This document shows positions 25,978 to 39,450 of a DNA stretch of 64,000 nucleotides, piece by piece; the first letter of the stretch is position 1, and the number at the start of each line of letters is the position of its first letter. Both the position numbers and the translations under genes were made by a program. The notes beneath the pieces are model-generated. The model was not told the origin of the DNA and made no database searches. It saw only the letters and a program-made list of their open reading frames with translations. This stretch comes from Macrostomum lignano (Eukaryota): positions 248,001-312,000 of the forward strand of contig NIVC01001145.1 in NCBI GenBank assembly GCA_002269645.1, written 5' to 3'.

Positions 25978-26070
25978 CTGTAGACTTTCCGTCTTCTGCC
26001 ACGCAGAACGCACTCCCGAAATTCGATGTCCTCATGTGGAATGTTGAACTCGAACTCCTTGACTTCGAAG
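25978..26070 (-). CDS. KSR/Raf-family pseudokinase exon (start of the kinase-like domain)
   Basis: FEVKEFEFNIPHEDIEFRECVLRGRRRKVYR; ttttgcag/gtgagt boundaries; resembles KSR [25 protein letters not shown]. Confidence 0.9.
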
Positions 26071-26164
26071 CTGCAAAAATTATCGGTTAAAACATGAACT
26101 TCGGAAATCTGCGGTTCTATCCTTTCCTACATGGATATTTGATCCCCTTGATTACCCCCTTGAT

Positions 26165-27030
26165 TCCTTGATCCATGTAGGCTAGATTAGCAATCCATTC
26201 TATTCCTTGATCCATGTAGGCTAGATTAGCAATCCATTCTATTCCTTGATCCATGTAGGCTAGATTAGCAATCCATTCTATTCCTTGATCCATGTAGGCT
26301 AGATTAGCAATCCATTCTATTCCTTGATCCATGTTGGCTAGATTAGCAATCCATTCTATTCCTTGATCCATGTAGGCTAGATTAGCAATCCATTCTATTT
26401 CTTGATCCATGCATAGATTAGCAATCCATTCTATTCCTTGATCCATGTAGGCTAGATTAGCCATCCATTCTATTCCTTAATTCATGTAGGATAGATTAGC
26501 AATCCATTCTATTCCTTGAGCCGTGTAGGCTAGATTAGCAATCCATTCTATTCCTTGATTCGTATATGGAAGGCTAGATTAGCATTCTATTCCTTCAGCC
26601 GTGTAGGCTAGATTAGCAATCCATTCTATTCCTTAATTCATGTAGGATAGATTAGCAATCCATTCTATTCCTTAATTCATGTAGGATAGATTAGCAATCC
26701 ATTCTATTCCTTGAGCCGTGTAGGCTAGATTAGCAATCCATTCTATTCCTTGATTCGTGTAGGATAGATTAGCAATCCATTCTATTCCTTGATTCATGTA
26801 GGCTAGATTAGCAATCCATTCTATTTCTTGATCCATGTAGGCTAGATTAGCAATCCATTCTATTCCTTGATTCATGTAGGCTAGATTAGCAATCCATTCT
26901 ATTTCTTGATCCATGTAGGCTAGATTAGCAATCCATTCTATTCCTTGATTCGTGTAGGATAGATTAGCAATCCATTCTATTCCTTGAGCCGTGTAGGCTA
27001 GATTAGCAATCCATTCTATTTCTTGATGAA
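26165..27030. repeat. 39 bp tandem repeat (gtaggctagattagcaatccattctattccttgatccat)
   Basis: ~21 copies. Confidence 0.95.
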
Positions 27031-27679
27031 TGCATAGATTTGCTTATTAATCGAATAGTTTCAATAGAGCCTTAGATGTGAGTAATAAATTACTAGGTGC
27101 CAACACCCGTGAATCACGCACCCAACCGAAACCCACTGTATAAACGAAGTGCCTGTTATTTTGAAAAACAGTCTGCGGTTTTAAAAAGCATACTTAGGGA
27201 AAAACTGAGCTGCACTTTATGTCTCAGAAAAACAAGTCTCCAGTCGCAACCCAGTCCCCCCCCCCAACTATCTGGCTGCCCGACCTCCAGGGCAGTAGGT
27301 GGCGTGGTCGAGCTATATTCCCAGCCAAATAAGTGTTTCAGCATTGAATAAAAAAATAGACACTAATAGTATTACAGACTTTTATAGCTATAAGGAAAGC
27401 CCAGAGCTATGACGCAAGTTGATCGGGAGAAATATAAAGAAGCTTAAAGAACTTTCAGCTGCTCGACTAAACCCACACTCGGATCTGTCGCCTCCCTTTC
27501 TCTCTCCCCCCATTCTGTTCGTCTTTCAAGTGTACACGGAAGACAGTGCGGCAAACCCTCCCTATACTCTCTCTTCAATACAAAAACTGGAACCACACAA
27601 AAATAGTGGTGTAAAAACTCATAGAGGTGAATTTGGTGAATTTTGGGCATCCAATCGCCCCATGCAGATCCTTACTTGC

Positions 27680-28455
27680 TGGGTCCGTAGTTGCTGGGCC
27701 AGCCTCCCAGATCCTCAGTTGCTGAGCCAGCCTCCCAGATCCCCAGTTGCTGTCCCGGCTTCCCAGATCCCCAGTTGCTGTCCCAGCCTCCCAGATCCTC
27801 AGTTGCTGGGCCAGCCTCCCAGATCCCCAGTTGCTGTCCCGGCTTCCCTGATCCCCAGTTGCTGGGCCAGCCTCCCAGATCCTCAATTGTTGGGCCAGCC
27901 TCCCAGATCCTCAGTTGCTGGGCCAGCCTCCCAGATCCTCAATTGTTGGGCCAGCCTCCCAGATCCTCAGTTGCTGGGCCAGCCTCCCAGATCCTCAATT
28001 GTTGGGCCAGCCTCCCAGATCCCCAGTTGCTGGGCCAGCCTCCCAGATCCTCAGTTGCTGGGCCAGCCTCCCAGATCTTCAGTTGCTGGGTCAGCCTCCC
28101 AGATCCTCAGTTGCTGGGCCAGCCTCCCAGATCCTCAGTTGCTGGGCCAGCCTCCCAGATCCTCAGTTGCTGGGCCAGCCTCCCAGATCCTCAGTTGCTG
28201 GGCCAGCCTCCCAGATCCTCAATTGTTGGGCCAGCCTCCCAGATCCTCAGTTTCTGGGCCAGCCTCCCAGATCCTCAGTTGCTGGGCCAGCCTCCCAGAT
28301 CCTCAATTGTTGGGCCAGCCTCCCAGATCCTCAATTGTTGGGCCAGCCTCCCAGATCTTCAGTTGCTGGGCCAGCCTACCAGATCCTCAATTGTTGGGCC
28401 AGCCTCAGATTTTTAATTGCTGGGCCAGCCTCCCACATCCTCAGTTGCTGGGCCG
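27680..28455. repeat. 28 bp tandem repeat (ttgctgggccagcctcccagatcctcag)
   Basis: Direct inspection. Confidence 0.96.
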
Positions 28456-28475
28456 GCCCCCAGCACCGCACTCAC

Positions 28476-28551
28476 CTGCCGCGACTGTTTCTCATCACGC
28501 TGTCAATCACGTGAAAGCAGTTCACTCCAGTCAGCATGTATTCATCCTCTT
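28476..28551 (-). CDS. Pseudokinase gene, linker exon
   Basis: EEDEYMLTGVNCFHVIDSVMRNSRG; ttttctttcgcag/gtgagt boundaries; phase 1/2 fits both neighbours. Confidence 0.8.
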
Positions 28552-28639
28552 CTGCGAAAGAAAATAAACAGAATGTAATCTTAGACTGAGTAATTTAGGT
28601 GCTGGACACTGCAGCAAGTCGGGGGTTCGAGTCCCTCAC

Positions 28640-29884
28640 CCAGCGCAAAGTGCAGCCTCCTGCCACTGGGCGGCCATGTGGAGCACAGCAGGTCCTTCTG
28701 CTGCCTGGCCGTCTGCGACTGCAGGCTCTTGCTCTTGGCCGGCGGCGGCACCAGCGTGCTCTGCTGCTCGGGAGCAGCTCGCAGCCGGTTGGAAATGTGG
28801 CGCGGATTGCGGCGCTGCAGCAGGTCGTAGTCGACTTGAACGTCCCATTGAACTGTCGGGTGCTGCAGATGCAGATGCTGTTGTTGCTGCTGCGGCTGCT
28901 GTTGCTGCACTGGGTGTTGCTGATAGTATTGAAGTTGTTGACAATGAAAATTCGGTTGTTGCTGCTGTTGCTGCTGTTGCAGCTGTTGCTGCTGCTGTTG
29001 CTGCTGCGGTCGGCTACCTCCGTCTGACAGGCAGTCCTCAACGCCGCCTCTGCAGCTGCTGCCAGACACGAAGAAGTCGCCATTGGTTGAAGCGGTGGAC
29101 ACTGAGCAGGCAGATGAGGGGCTGAGGCTGGTGTAGAAGTGCAGCAGGTAGTCGCTGTCAATGCTGCTGTTCATGCTCATCACGTTGCGAGCGTGCAGAA
29201 GATCCGAGCTGCTGCACTCCTGCGGGTACTGCGGGCAGGCGATGTTCAAATAGTACGCATTGTCGCCTCCACAGTCGGACGCGGCGGCTGACATTGACGC
29301 GGCGTCGAAGGCGTCCCCAGCTGTTGAGGCTCCGTCCAAATCGCTGCCCGTGCTGGCGGATGGCATGCCGCTGCCGCCTCCTGCACCGCCGCCTCCACCG
29401 TTGCTGGTCTTGGACTCGTGCAGCCACTTGGAGAAGAAGCCCTTCAAATTGGCGAAGATGTTCGCCGAAGATGGCGACGACGGGGTGGTGGAGACCGCGG
29501 CAACCGCGGCCGCCTCCAGAGCCGATTTGCGCAGCTCCCGTCGGAGTCTCGACGTTGCGGAGGAGCCGCCTGACGATTTGCGACTTTTCGACGCACCGCG
29601 CGACGACGAAGCTGTTGAAGCCGAGGAGGACACCGAGGACCGGACGGCGCCGCCAACGGCCCCAACGGCGGTGGTGGCGGCTGAAGCGGCTGGATAAAAC
29701 GGGGTGGTCTTCACTGCGTTGCTGTGCACTATGCAGTATTCGGACTCGTCAAATTCAGGGGGCAAATCAACGGCATTTTGGCGCACGGCTGGGTGGCTGC
29801 GGCCCGAATGCGCGCGGCTGCGCACACCGGCAAGCGGCAGGCTCGACGGTGGCGGCGGCGGGGACGACACTGCGCGAGGCTTCA
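28640..29884 (-). CDS. Pseudokinase gene, large low-complexity exon (Ser/Ala/Gly-rich, polyQ)
   Basis: 1245 nt open frame; acceptor ctccgcag, donor G|gtgagg (phase 1) in frame with the next exon. Confidence 0.8.
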
Positions 29885-29974
29885 CTGCGGAGCTGGCGTT
29901 TGGGGATTTGTGAATCTGTTATTCTATTGCGATAGGAAAAGTTGTGCTGATTTATTTAGTGAGCAATTTCTCAT

Positions 29975-32373
29975 CTGACAGACCTATTGAGCTACTGACA
30001 GAATACTTCTAACAGACCTATTGAGCTACTGACAGAATACTTCTGACAGACTCATTGAGCTACTGACAGAATCTTTCTGACAGACTCATTGAGCTACTGA
30101 CAGAATACTTCTAACAGACCTATTGAGCTACTGACAGAATACTTCTAACAGACTCATTGAGCTACTGACAGAATCTTTCTGACAGACTCATTGAGCTACT
30201 GACAGAATCTTTCTGACAGACTCATTGAGCTACTGACAGAATCTTTCTGACAGGCTTATTGAGCTACTGACAGAATCTTTCTGACAGACTCACTGAACTA
30301 CTGACATACCCCTTCTGACAGACCTATTGAGCTACTGACAGACCTATTGAGCTACTGACAGACCTATTGAGCTACTGACAGACCTATTGAGCTTCTGACA
30401 GACCTATTGAACTTCTGACATACCTATTGAGCTACTGACATACCCCCTTCTGACAGACCTAATGAGCTACTGACAGACCTATTGAGCTACTGACAGACCT
30501 ATTGAGCTTCTGACAGACCTATTGAGCTTCTGACATACCTATTGAGCTACTGACATACCCCCTTCTGACAGACCTAATGAGCTACTGACAGACCAATTTA
30601 GCTACTGACAGACCTATTGAGCTTCTGACAGACCTATTGAGCTTCTGACATACGTATTGAGCTACTGACATACCCCCCTTCTGACAGACCTATTGAGCTA
30701 CTGACAGACCTATTGAGCTACTGACAGACCTATTGAGCTACTGACAGACCTATTGAGCTACTGACAGACCTATTGAGCTACTGACAGACCTATTGAGCTA
30801 CTGACAGACCTATTGAGCTACTGACAGACCTATTGAGCTACTGACATACCCCCTTCTGACAGACCTATTGAGCTACTGACATACCCCCCTTCTGACATAC
30901 CTATTGAGCTACTGACATACCCCCCTTCTGACAGACCTATTGAGCTACTGACAGACCAATTTAGCTACTGACAGACCTATTGAGCTTCTGACAGACCTAT
31001 TGAGCTTCTGACATACCTATTGAGCTACTGACATACCCCCTTCTGACATACCTATTGAGCTACTGACATACCCCCCTTCTGACAGACCTATTGAGCTACT
31101 GACAGACCTATTGAGCTACTGACAGACCTATTGAGCTACTGACAGACCTATTGAGCTACTGACAGACCTATTGAGCTACTGACAGACCTATTGAGCTACT
31201 GACAGACCTATTGAGCTACTGACAGACCTATTGAGCTACTGACAGACCTATTGAGCTACTGACAGACCTATTGAGCTACTGACAGACCTATTGAGCTACT
31301 GACAGACCTATTGAGCTACTGACAGACCTATTGAGCTACTGACAGACCTATTGAGCTACTGACAGACCTATTGAGCTACTGACAGACCTATTGAGCTACT
31401 GACAGACCTATTGAGCTACTGACAGACCTATTGAGCTACTGACAGACCTATTGAGCTACTGACAGACCTATTGAGCTACTGACAGACCTATTGAGCTACT
31501 GACAGACCTATTGAGCTACTGACAGACCTATTGAGCTACTGACAGACCTATTGAGCTACTGACAGACCTATTGAGCTACTGACAGACCTATTGAGCTACT
31601 GACAGACCTATTGAGCTACTGACAGACCTATTGAGCTACTGACATACCCCTTCTGACAGACTCATTGAGCTACTGACATACCCCTTCTGACAGACTCATT
31701 GAGCTACTGACAGAATCCTTCTCACAGACTCACTGAGCTACTGACATACCTCTTCTGACAGACCCAATGAGCTACTGACAGACCTATGGAGCTACTGACA
31801 GACCTATTGAGCTACTGACAGACCTATTGAGCTACTGACAGACCTATTGAGCTACTGACATACCCCTTCTGACAGACTCATTGAGCTACTGACATACCCC
31901 TTCTGACAGACTCATTGAGCTACTGACAGAATCCTTCTCACAGACTCACTGAGCTACTGACATACCTCTTCTGACAGACCCAATGAGCTACTGACAGACC
32001 AATTTAGCTACTGACAGACCTATTGAGCTTCTGACAGACCTATTGAGCTTCTGACATACCTATTGAGCTACTGACATACCCCCCTTCTGACAGACCTATT
32101 GAGCTACTGACAGACCTATTGAGCTACTGACAGACCTATTGAGCTACTGACAGACCTATTGAGCTACTGACAGACCTATTGAGCTACTGACAGACCTATT
32201 GAGCTACTGACAGACCTATTGAGCTACTGACAGACCTATTGAGCTACTGACAGACTTATTGAGCTACTGACAGACCTATTGAGCTACTGACAGACCTATT
32301 GAGCTACTGACAGACCTATTGAGCTACTGACAGACCTATTGAGCTACTGACAGACCTATTGAGCTACTGACAG
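29975..32373. repeat. ~2.4 kb array of a 20 bp unit (gacagacctattgagctact) with 30-34 bp variants
   Basis: Direct inspection. Confidence 0.97.
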
Positions 32374-32545
32374 CTTCCCTGATAGACAACGAGCTGCACT
32401 CACCAAACGGAATCTTGCCTTGCACTCAGCTTTGGAACCGGTTTGTAAGACATTCCACCGTCAGTTTTATTGAAGCAGTCGATAAATTAATAATTAATAT
32501 TCAAATAATGCTCTACAGTCGGCCCCGAGCCCAAACTGTTCTCAC

Positions 32546-32629
32546 TCTCTCCCTCCGTCTGTCTCCGTGGCGGCTCTACCACCCCTTGAACTCGGTTAGT
32601 GCTGGCATCCCAGATTGGGATCAAAACTG
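32546..32629 (-). CDS. Candidate upstream exon of the pseudokinase gene
   Basis: VLIPIWDASTNRVQGVVEPPRRQTEGE; ccccttatag/gtgaga boundaries; phase 1/1 compatible with exon 29884; no family motif. Confidence 0.42.
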
Positions 32630-33199
32630 CTATAAGGGGAAGCACCTTAGGGACTGAGAAGTAAAGCAGTAAACAAAGTATTGAGCACTGCCGCTTCTTA
32701 GTCTCAAATTCAGTACAGCTTTGGAAGTTGACAGAAATAACAAATAAAAAATAGCTGCCAGACTGACTTGCTCGGCTTGGCAACTGAGCAGTTATTTTTC
32801 AACACCGCTTCCAGCCCGAAATCCCAACCGTAGCCTGCCATTGGCTTACAATGGGAGCAAATTTTTGCGGACAGAGCAGAGGGAGTGGGTCTAAGTTAGC
32901 TTGGATTCGACAAGGGCCCATTGTGTGATTTCGGTATAGCGAAAAATGTCAAGGGACAGAACTAGTCAAATTCAGCACACAGTGTGCGGAGAGAGAGGGG
33001 GGAGCTAGAATAAATCAATCGATAAATTCTATTTCCGTGCAAAGCCAGTAAAAGAAAATTTAAAATCCACAGGGTAAAAGCATAGAGCCTCTGTGAGATT
33101 AGAGGCTAAAATTAGAATTTCAGCTAGAATTAGAATTGCCTTATCTTATGCACTAAACATTGTACTAGTGTAAATCAGTGTAGCTGCATTGGGCATGAC

Positions 33200-33960
33200 A
33201 CACACTGAGCTGCACTCATGAGAAATGAGTTGGTCTCTGAGAACACACACACTGAGCTGCACTCATGAGAAATGAGTTGGTCTCTGAGAACACACACACT
33301 GAGCTGCACTCATGAGAAATGAGTTGGTCTCTGAGAACACACACACTGAGTGCACTCATGAGAAATGAGTTGGTCTCTGAGAACACACACACTGAGCTGC
33401 ACTCATAAGAAATGAGTTGGTCTCTGAGAACACACACACTGAGCTGCACTCATAAGAAATGAGTTGGTCTGTGAGAACACACACACTGAGCTGCACTCAT
33501 GAGAAATGAGTTGGTCTCTGAGAACACACACTGAGCTGCACTCATGAGAAATGAGTTGGTCTCTGAGAACACACACACTGAGTGCACTCATGAGAAATGA
33601 GTTGGTCTCTGAGAACACACACTGAGCTGCACTCATGAGAAATGAGTTGGTCTCTGAGAAAACACACACACTGAGCTGCACTCATAAGAAATGAGTTGGT
33701 CTGTGAGAACACACACACTGAGCTGCACTCATGAGAAATGAGTTGGTCTCTGAGAACACACTGAGCTGCACTCATGAGGAATGAGTTGGTCTCTGAGAAC
33801 ACACACACTGAGCTGCACTCATGAGGAATGAGTTGGTCTCTGAGAACACACACTGAGCTGCACTCATGAGGAATGAGTTGGTCTCTGAGAACACACTGAG
33901 CTGCACTCATGAGAAATGAGTGGGTCTCTGAGAACACACACACTGAGCTGCACTCATGAG
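33200..33960. repeat. 45-47 bp tandem repeat (cacacactgagctgcactcatgagaaatgagttggtctctgagaa)
   Basis: Direct inspection. Confidence 0.95.
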
Positions 33961-34699
33961 GAACCTCGGACACACTGGGCTCTTCCCTGTCAATCTCGAA
34001 GTTATATTTGATACGCAAATACAGATTTCCTACACTTTGACAAACTCTCTGACATAATCTGCAACTTTGATGCCTTCAAAACAGCATAGATCTTAAACTT
34101 AAATTCTTCCAACAAGAGTTAAACCCAGTGTAAGCCTATAAAAAGCACTTTTAGCTCGTAGTTAACCAAATCCTCGCCCACTCTTCATTTTGGAGCCCTA
34201 GCTGAGTCCTCTGGCAACACACCCCCCTGCATGGCCCTCTTGCAGTTATTGCCCCAGCTGTGGGGATCTGCTTGCCCTAGTCAAACTTTAGGAGAGAATG
34301 CAGCTAGCTATATATAAGTTCCACAGGCTTACCTATATCGCAGCCAGTACTCAGCAACATTCTTCGCAGTTTCTGTCAGTGGTGGGCATGCGCCCGCACC
34401 GTTTCAACTTTCTCTAACTGTATGACGGCCGCATTTTGCAAGCGGTGCTATTCAGAGACGTTACTGAGAAACTATGGGGCCTGTGTGGGAGAGAAGTAGA
34501 GAGAGGAGTGGCACTGGTGCAAGTGCACACGGAATTAGAAGCGAATTCCTGGGCCTCTCTATTCAACCCAGTGCAAACAGCAGACTTAAGGACTGCGCTT
34601 GACGGACTCTCTCACCGACCGCTTTCTCCTCAATTTACCCTCTGCCCCCTCCGCCTGCCCTCTCCCTGCTTGTCTTCCTTGTTTTAACTATTCACCTCT

Positions 34700-35040
34700 C
34701 TCCCTCCCTTCCCCCTAGACCCCTCTCTCCCTCACTTCCCTCTAGACCCCTCTCTCCCTCCCTTCCCTCTAGACCCCTCTCTCCCTCCCTTCCCTCTAGA
34801 CCCCTCTCTCCCTCCCTTCCCTCTAGACCCCTCTCTCCCTCACTTCCCTCTAGACCCCTCTCTCCCTCCCTTCCCTCTAGACCCCTCTCTCCCTCCCTTC
34901 CCTCTAGACCCCTCTCTCCCTCCCTTCCCTCTAGACCCCTCTCTCCCTCCCTTCCCTCTAGACCCCTCTCTCCCTCCCTTCCCTAGCTCTAGACCCCTCT
35001 CTCCCTCCCTTCCCCCTAGACTCCTCTCTCCTCCCTTCAT
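34700..35040. repeat. 27 bp pyrimidine-rich tandem repeat (ccctctctccctcccttccctctagac)
   Basis: Direct inspection. Confidence 0.93.
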
Positions 35041-35799
35041 TCACCCTAGATCCCTCTCTAGCTCCTTCTTTCCCTCTTATTCGCAGTCTCCAGACAGTCT
35101 CCCTGGCCATGATTTTCAATGAATACGCAATATATCTGTTAGCAAATATAGTATTTGGCCTCTGCTAACAAGACAGAATAGATTCTAAACAGACAATACA
35201 ATTGTAGGCAAACGCTCCAGCATGAACTGGTACTAACTGTGTTCACACAGCGAGCATGCATGGCTAAATGCTAATGCATTGTCTCTGCAGTTATTTTCTA
35301 AACTAATCATACAAATCATATTTCCCAGGTCGTTATCAGTCTATATTTAGCTGCAGGCGAGTCGCATAACTAAAAAAACTAAATAGACTGATCTGCAATT
35401 TTCTTATCGCAATATCTAGCTCTTAAGTCGCCCCGTCCCATTAACAAGTACTATTAGAAACAATCGAATAACAACTGTTAAGTTTTCTATCTTGCTACTA
35501 ATTAGTAGTAACCACAGATACTAGAATACTAGATACTCAAGACATCTAAATATACTAATTAGATACTATTATGGATACTATAACCAGTTAAACTAGATTT
35601 TAAAATTTAAAAATAGTACAACGTCTACTCTTTTCTTGCGTAGTTTGCGTAGTGGACAGCTAAAATTATTAATTATTAATTTAATGTGACAGCTAAATTT
35701 GCTTTTCTTCCTCGGGGTTTGTCACCTCAGGAGCATCTGGGTTTAAGAATGAACAAGCATTTAACTCAATGTACACAAAAGTGACCGCAAGACGGACGA

Positions 35800-36185
35800 A
35801 ACTCAGCCTAGGGGACAGGCCCAGTCAGGCCAGCCAATGAGAGAGCAGTAAGGAGAGAGATCAAAGTCAGACGGAAGAAACTCAGCCTAGGGGAAGGCCT
35901 AATCTGGCCAGCCAATGAGAGAGCAGTAAGGAGAGAGGTCAAAGTCAGACGGAAGAAACTCAGCCTAGGGGAAGGCCTAATCTGGCCAGCCAATGAGAGA
36001 GCAGTAAGGAGAGAGGTCAAAGTCAGACGGAAGAAACTCAGCCTAGGGGAAGGCCTAATCTGGCCAGCCAATGAGAGAGCAGTAAGGAGAGAGGTCAAAG
36101 TCAGACGGAAGAAACTCAGCATAGGGGGCAGGCCTAATCTGGCCAGCCAATGAGAGAGCAGTAAGGAGAGAGGTCAAAGTCAGAC
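35800..36185. repeat. 78 bp tandem repeat, ~5 copies
   Basis: aaactcagcctaggggaaggcctaatctggccagccaatgagagagcagtaagg... repeated. Confidence 0.95.
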
Positions 36186-37047
36186 ACAAGCGGGCAAGAG
36201 GAAAGCCAAATTGTTTATCGGTCTGGCTGGGGGTTGGGATGCCACCTCTTTCTCTCTTGCTCGGTATGCACACGCACTAGAAGTTTAAATAATTTATCGA
36301 TTCTGAGGCAGTCTGGAGTTGGTAAAACAGATGAAGACATTAATTTAATGGGTCTGCTATTAGAAAGCCAGACTCCTTGATTGCAGCTTCAAAACTTTAA
36401 ATATCCATGTAAAATGTAATAAATATCTAAGTTTACTATTATAAAAACAAAAACGCTAATTTTGCTACTGAAAAGAGTAGATAAGCGCAGACTTTGCGAC
36501 TGAAATATTTAGTTATTCGGTAGTATCTGTGGTTAGAAAATCCAAGTTCCACTCCCAGTGGAACTTCTCAGTTAAACAAAAAACAATCAATTCCAAAAAA
36601 TTACAAGCAGTTTTTTACGACACAAACTTGTCTCTAAAAAAATCAGGTTTCCCGAATAAATAATCACAGCTTTATTATTTTATTCATACCGATTTATACA
36701 AAAAACTATTGCTGTCGATAAGTCAAAAGAACTGGACGCTGTACTGTGTAAAATTGTTGTATAGATGGCATCAAATCAATGCACAGACGGTACAATGCAA
36801 TTTTCACACTACATAGAGCATTTACAGGATTATTATAGTGTTGTTTTTCAAAAATCAAAATCATCAATACCAATTCAAAGTATACAAAAAGAATATTTGA
36901 CTCGCACAACATCGACTATAATTCCACAACCATTGATAATCAAACAATAATAAATAATAACTTCATAGTTGCTTGAGTATTTGATTTGCTAACACTGCGA
37001 AAAGGCAAACGATATCGAATATTATCAGGGAAGGGTTAGCAGATTTT

Positions 37048-37502
37048 TCAGGAGAGGGGGTGGCAGCTAAGCTCACACACGGATATGTCAGGAGAGGGGG
37101 TGGCAGCTCACACACGGATATGTCAGGAGAGGGGGTGGCAGCTCACACACGGATATGTCAGGAGAGGGGGTGGCAGCTCACACACGGATATGTCAGGAGA
37201 GGGGGTGGCAGCTGAGCTCACACACGGATTTGTCAGGAGAGGGGGTGGCAGCTGAGCTCACACACGGATTTGTCAGGAGAGGGGGTGGCAGCTGAGCTCA
37301 CACACGGATTTGTCAGGAGAGGGGGGTGGCAGCTGAGCTCACACACGGATTTGTCAGGAGAGGGGGGTGGCAGCTGAGCTCACACACGGATTTGTCAGGA
37401 GAGGAGGTGGCAGCTGAGCTCACACACGGATTTGTCAGGATAGGGTGGCAACTCACACACGGACATGTCAGGAGAGGGGTGGCAGCTCACACACGGATAT
37501 GT
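37048..37502. repeat. 35-41 bp tandem repeat (gtcaggagagggggtggcagct[gagct]cacacacgga)
   Basis: Direct inspection. Confidence 0.93.
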
Positions 37503-38139
37503 CATGCTTGATATTTGTTCGTTAAACCCGTGCAATACAGTCAACAGGTGTGAATGAAAAATAGTTAATTGACAAGGAGAACAAGAGCAACTAAAAGGTA
37601 GCCCTAAATAAAAAAAGCAAACCAGTCAGAAAAAATGTCCATAATAAATGCCACAATAACAACAACAGCGTGGAAGCAGGCTGGAATTACCGAGTTAAAA
37701 AAGAAACACCAATACATATACGTAATTAAATTTGTTATAAAATATGCAATGAATATTGATTATTGCTAATTTAGGAGACAAAAAGCCTCGTTGAAGACGA
37801 ACACGAAGGGGGAAATAACACACCCAATGCTAATTATCACCTGCATGATGTAATATAATAGTTTCTATACACACAAAATTAAATAAAATCGTCAAGCATA
37901 TAAACAAAAAGTAGCTTGGAAGCGACTAAAAAAGCGATTATTATCAATAATAACTGGGCTAGAGAGCGAATGAGTAACTGACTAGGGGGTTGATGGGATG
38001 CTGGGCAATTTTGAGCTGGTCCACTGTTGCTGTGAATAAATACGTGGGCACAATTACTAAAAGTGCACTTTGATGTACTTTATTAAGTTTACTATGACTT
38101 TAATTAGCAAAGATTAGAAATGATAGACTTGAGAGAAAT

Positions 38140-38545
38140 GAGAGGGGAATGAGTGGGGAATGAGAAGGGAATGAGTGGGGAATGAGTGGGGAATGAGTGG
38201 GGAATGAGTGGGGAATGAGTGGGGAATGAGTGGGGAATGAGTGGGGAATGAGTGGGGAATGAGTGGGGAATGAGTGGGGAATGAGAGGGGAGTGAGAGGG
38301 GAATGAGTGGGGAATGAGTGGGGAATGAGAGGGGAGTGAGAGGGGAATGAGTGGGGAATGAGTGGGGAATGAGTGGGGAATGAGTGGGGAATGAGTGGGG
38401 AATGAGTGGGGAATGAGTGGGGAATGAGTGGGGAATGAGTGGGGAATGAGAGGGGAATGAGAGGGGAATGGGATGAGAATGAGTGGGGAATGAGAGGGGA
38501 ATGAGTGGGAAATGAGAAGGGAATGAGAGGGGAATGAGAGGGAAA
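38140..38545. repeat. 11 bp tandem repeat (gagtggggaat)
   Basis: Direct inspection. Confidence 0.95.
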
Positions 38546-38639
38546 TGACAGGTGTTACTCGTATCTATCCAGCTGACACAGCTGATAGCCAAAGTCAGGC
38601 CATCAAAGTCAGTCAGTGCTAAAACCGGCTTATCATCAA

Positions 38640-39092
38640 TCACTGGTCCAACACTACAGCAGCATTGACGTTAGCAAAAGCGTTTGCTGTAGTCGCAGAG
38701 TCTTTGGCAAAAACGGCGGCCTCGAGGCTGTGCAGAAACCAATCGTCGTCATCGTTATCATCTAATTCGTAATTGAAATTCCTTGCATTCTCAGTGTATA
38801 AGTTTACAGCGAAATCGTTGGAAATTATTGCGCTATTGTTGGGGGGAGCTGGCGGAGATTTGGGCTTCGATGCTGACGATGGCACCGGTGGCGCTGTTGA
38901 AGGAGCGGGCGAAACAGGCGGTGGCACTTGCGCCGGAGTTTCGCAAGCGGCCGCTATGGACGAGGCGACTGATTCGGCTGGCTGCAGCTTGGACTGTCCA
39001 CGGCCTGATTGGGACCGCTGGCGACGGTGACGGAGGTAGCCAAGGAGGCCTGGCGTTGGCGCAAGAGGGATCGGCGAGAATTGAAGAGCAGG
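38640..39092 (-). CDS. Terminal exon of an unidentified gene (Pro/Ser-rich, acidic C-terminus)
   Basis: 151-codon open frame PALQFSPIPLAPTPG...NYELDDNDDDDWFLHSLEAAVF...VLDQ* starting in phase 0 after acceptor cccccattatcag. Confidence 0.55.
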   Translation of the reverse strand, partial: PALQFSPIPLAPTPGLLGYLRHRRQRSQSGRGQSKLQPAESVASSIAAACETPAQVPPPVSPAPSTAPPVPSSASKPKSPPAPPNNSAIISNDFAVNLYTENARNFNYELDDNDDDDWFLHSLEAAVFAKDSATTANAFANVNAAVVLDQ

Positions 39093-39450
39093 CTGATAAT
39101 GGGGGTTTGGGGTGCCTAGCCAGGCTGATAATGGGGGTTTGGGGTGCCTAGCCAGGCTGATAATGGGGGTTTGGGGTGCCTAGCCAGGCTGATAATGGGG
39201 GTTTGGGGTGCCTAGCCAGGCTGATAATGGGGGTTTGGGGTGCCTAGCCAGGCTGATAATGGGGGTTTGGGGTGCCTAGCCAGGCTGATAATGAGTGGTT
39301 GGGGTGCCTAGCCAGGCTGATAATGAGTGGTTGGGGTGCCTCGCCAGGCTGATAATGGGGGTTGGGGTGCCTCACCAGGCTGATAATGGGGGGGTTGGGA
39401 GTGTCTCGCCAGGCTGATAATGGGGGTTGGGGTGCCTCGCCAGGCTGATA
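39090..39450. repeat. 32 bp tandem repeat (caggctgataatgggggtttggggtgcctagc)
   Basis: Direct inspection; decays rightwards. Confidence 0.92.

Noticed and set aside
28615-28646. tRNA B-box-like GGTTCGAGTCCC overlapping a splice donor
   Set aside because: No A box, D arm or matching acceptor stem upstream; not a tRNA gene, at most a tiny SINE remnant or coincidence
33960-34032. Possible exon GNLYLRIKYNFEIDREEPSVSE (minus)
   Set aside because: Only weak donor candidates and the phase could not be tied to neighbouring exons
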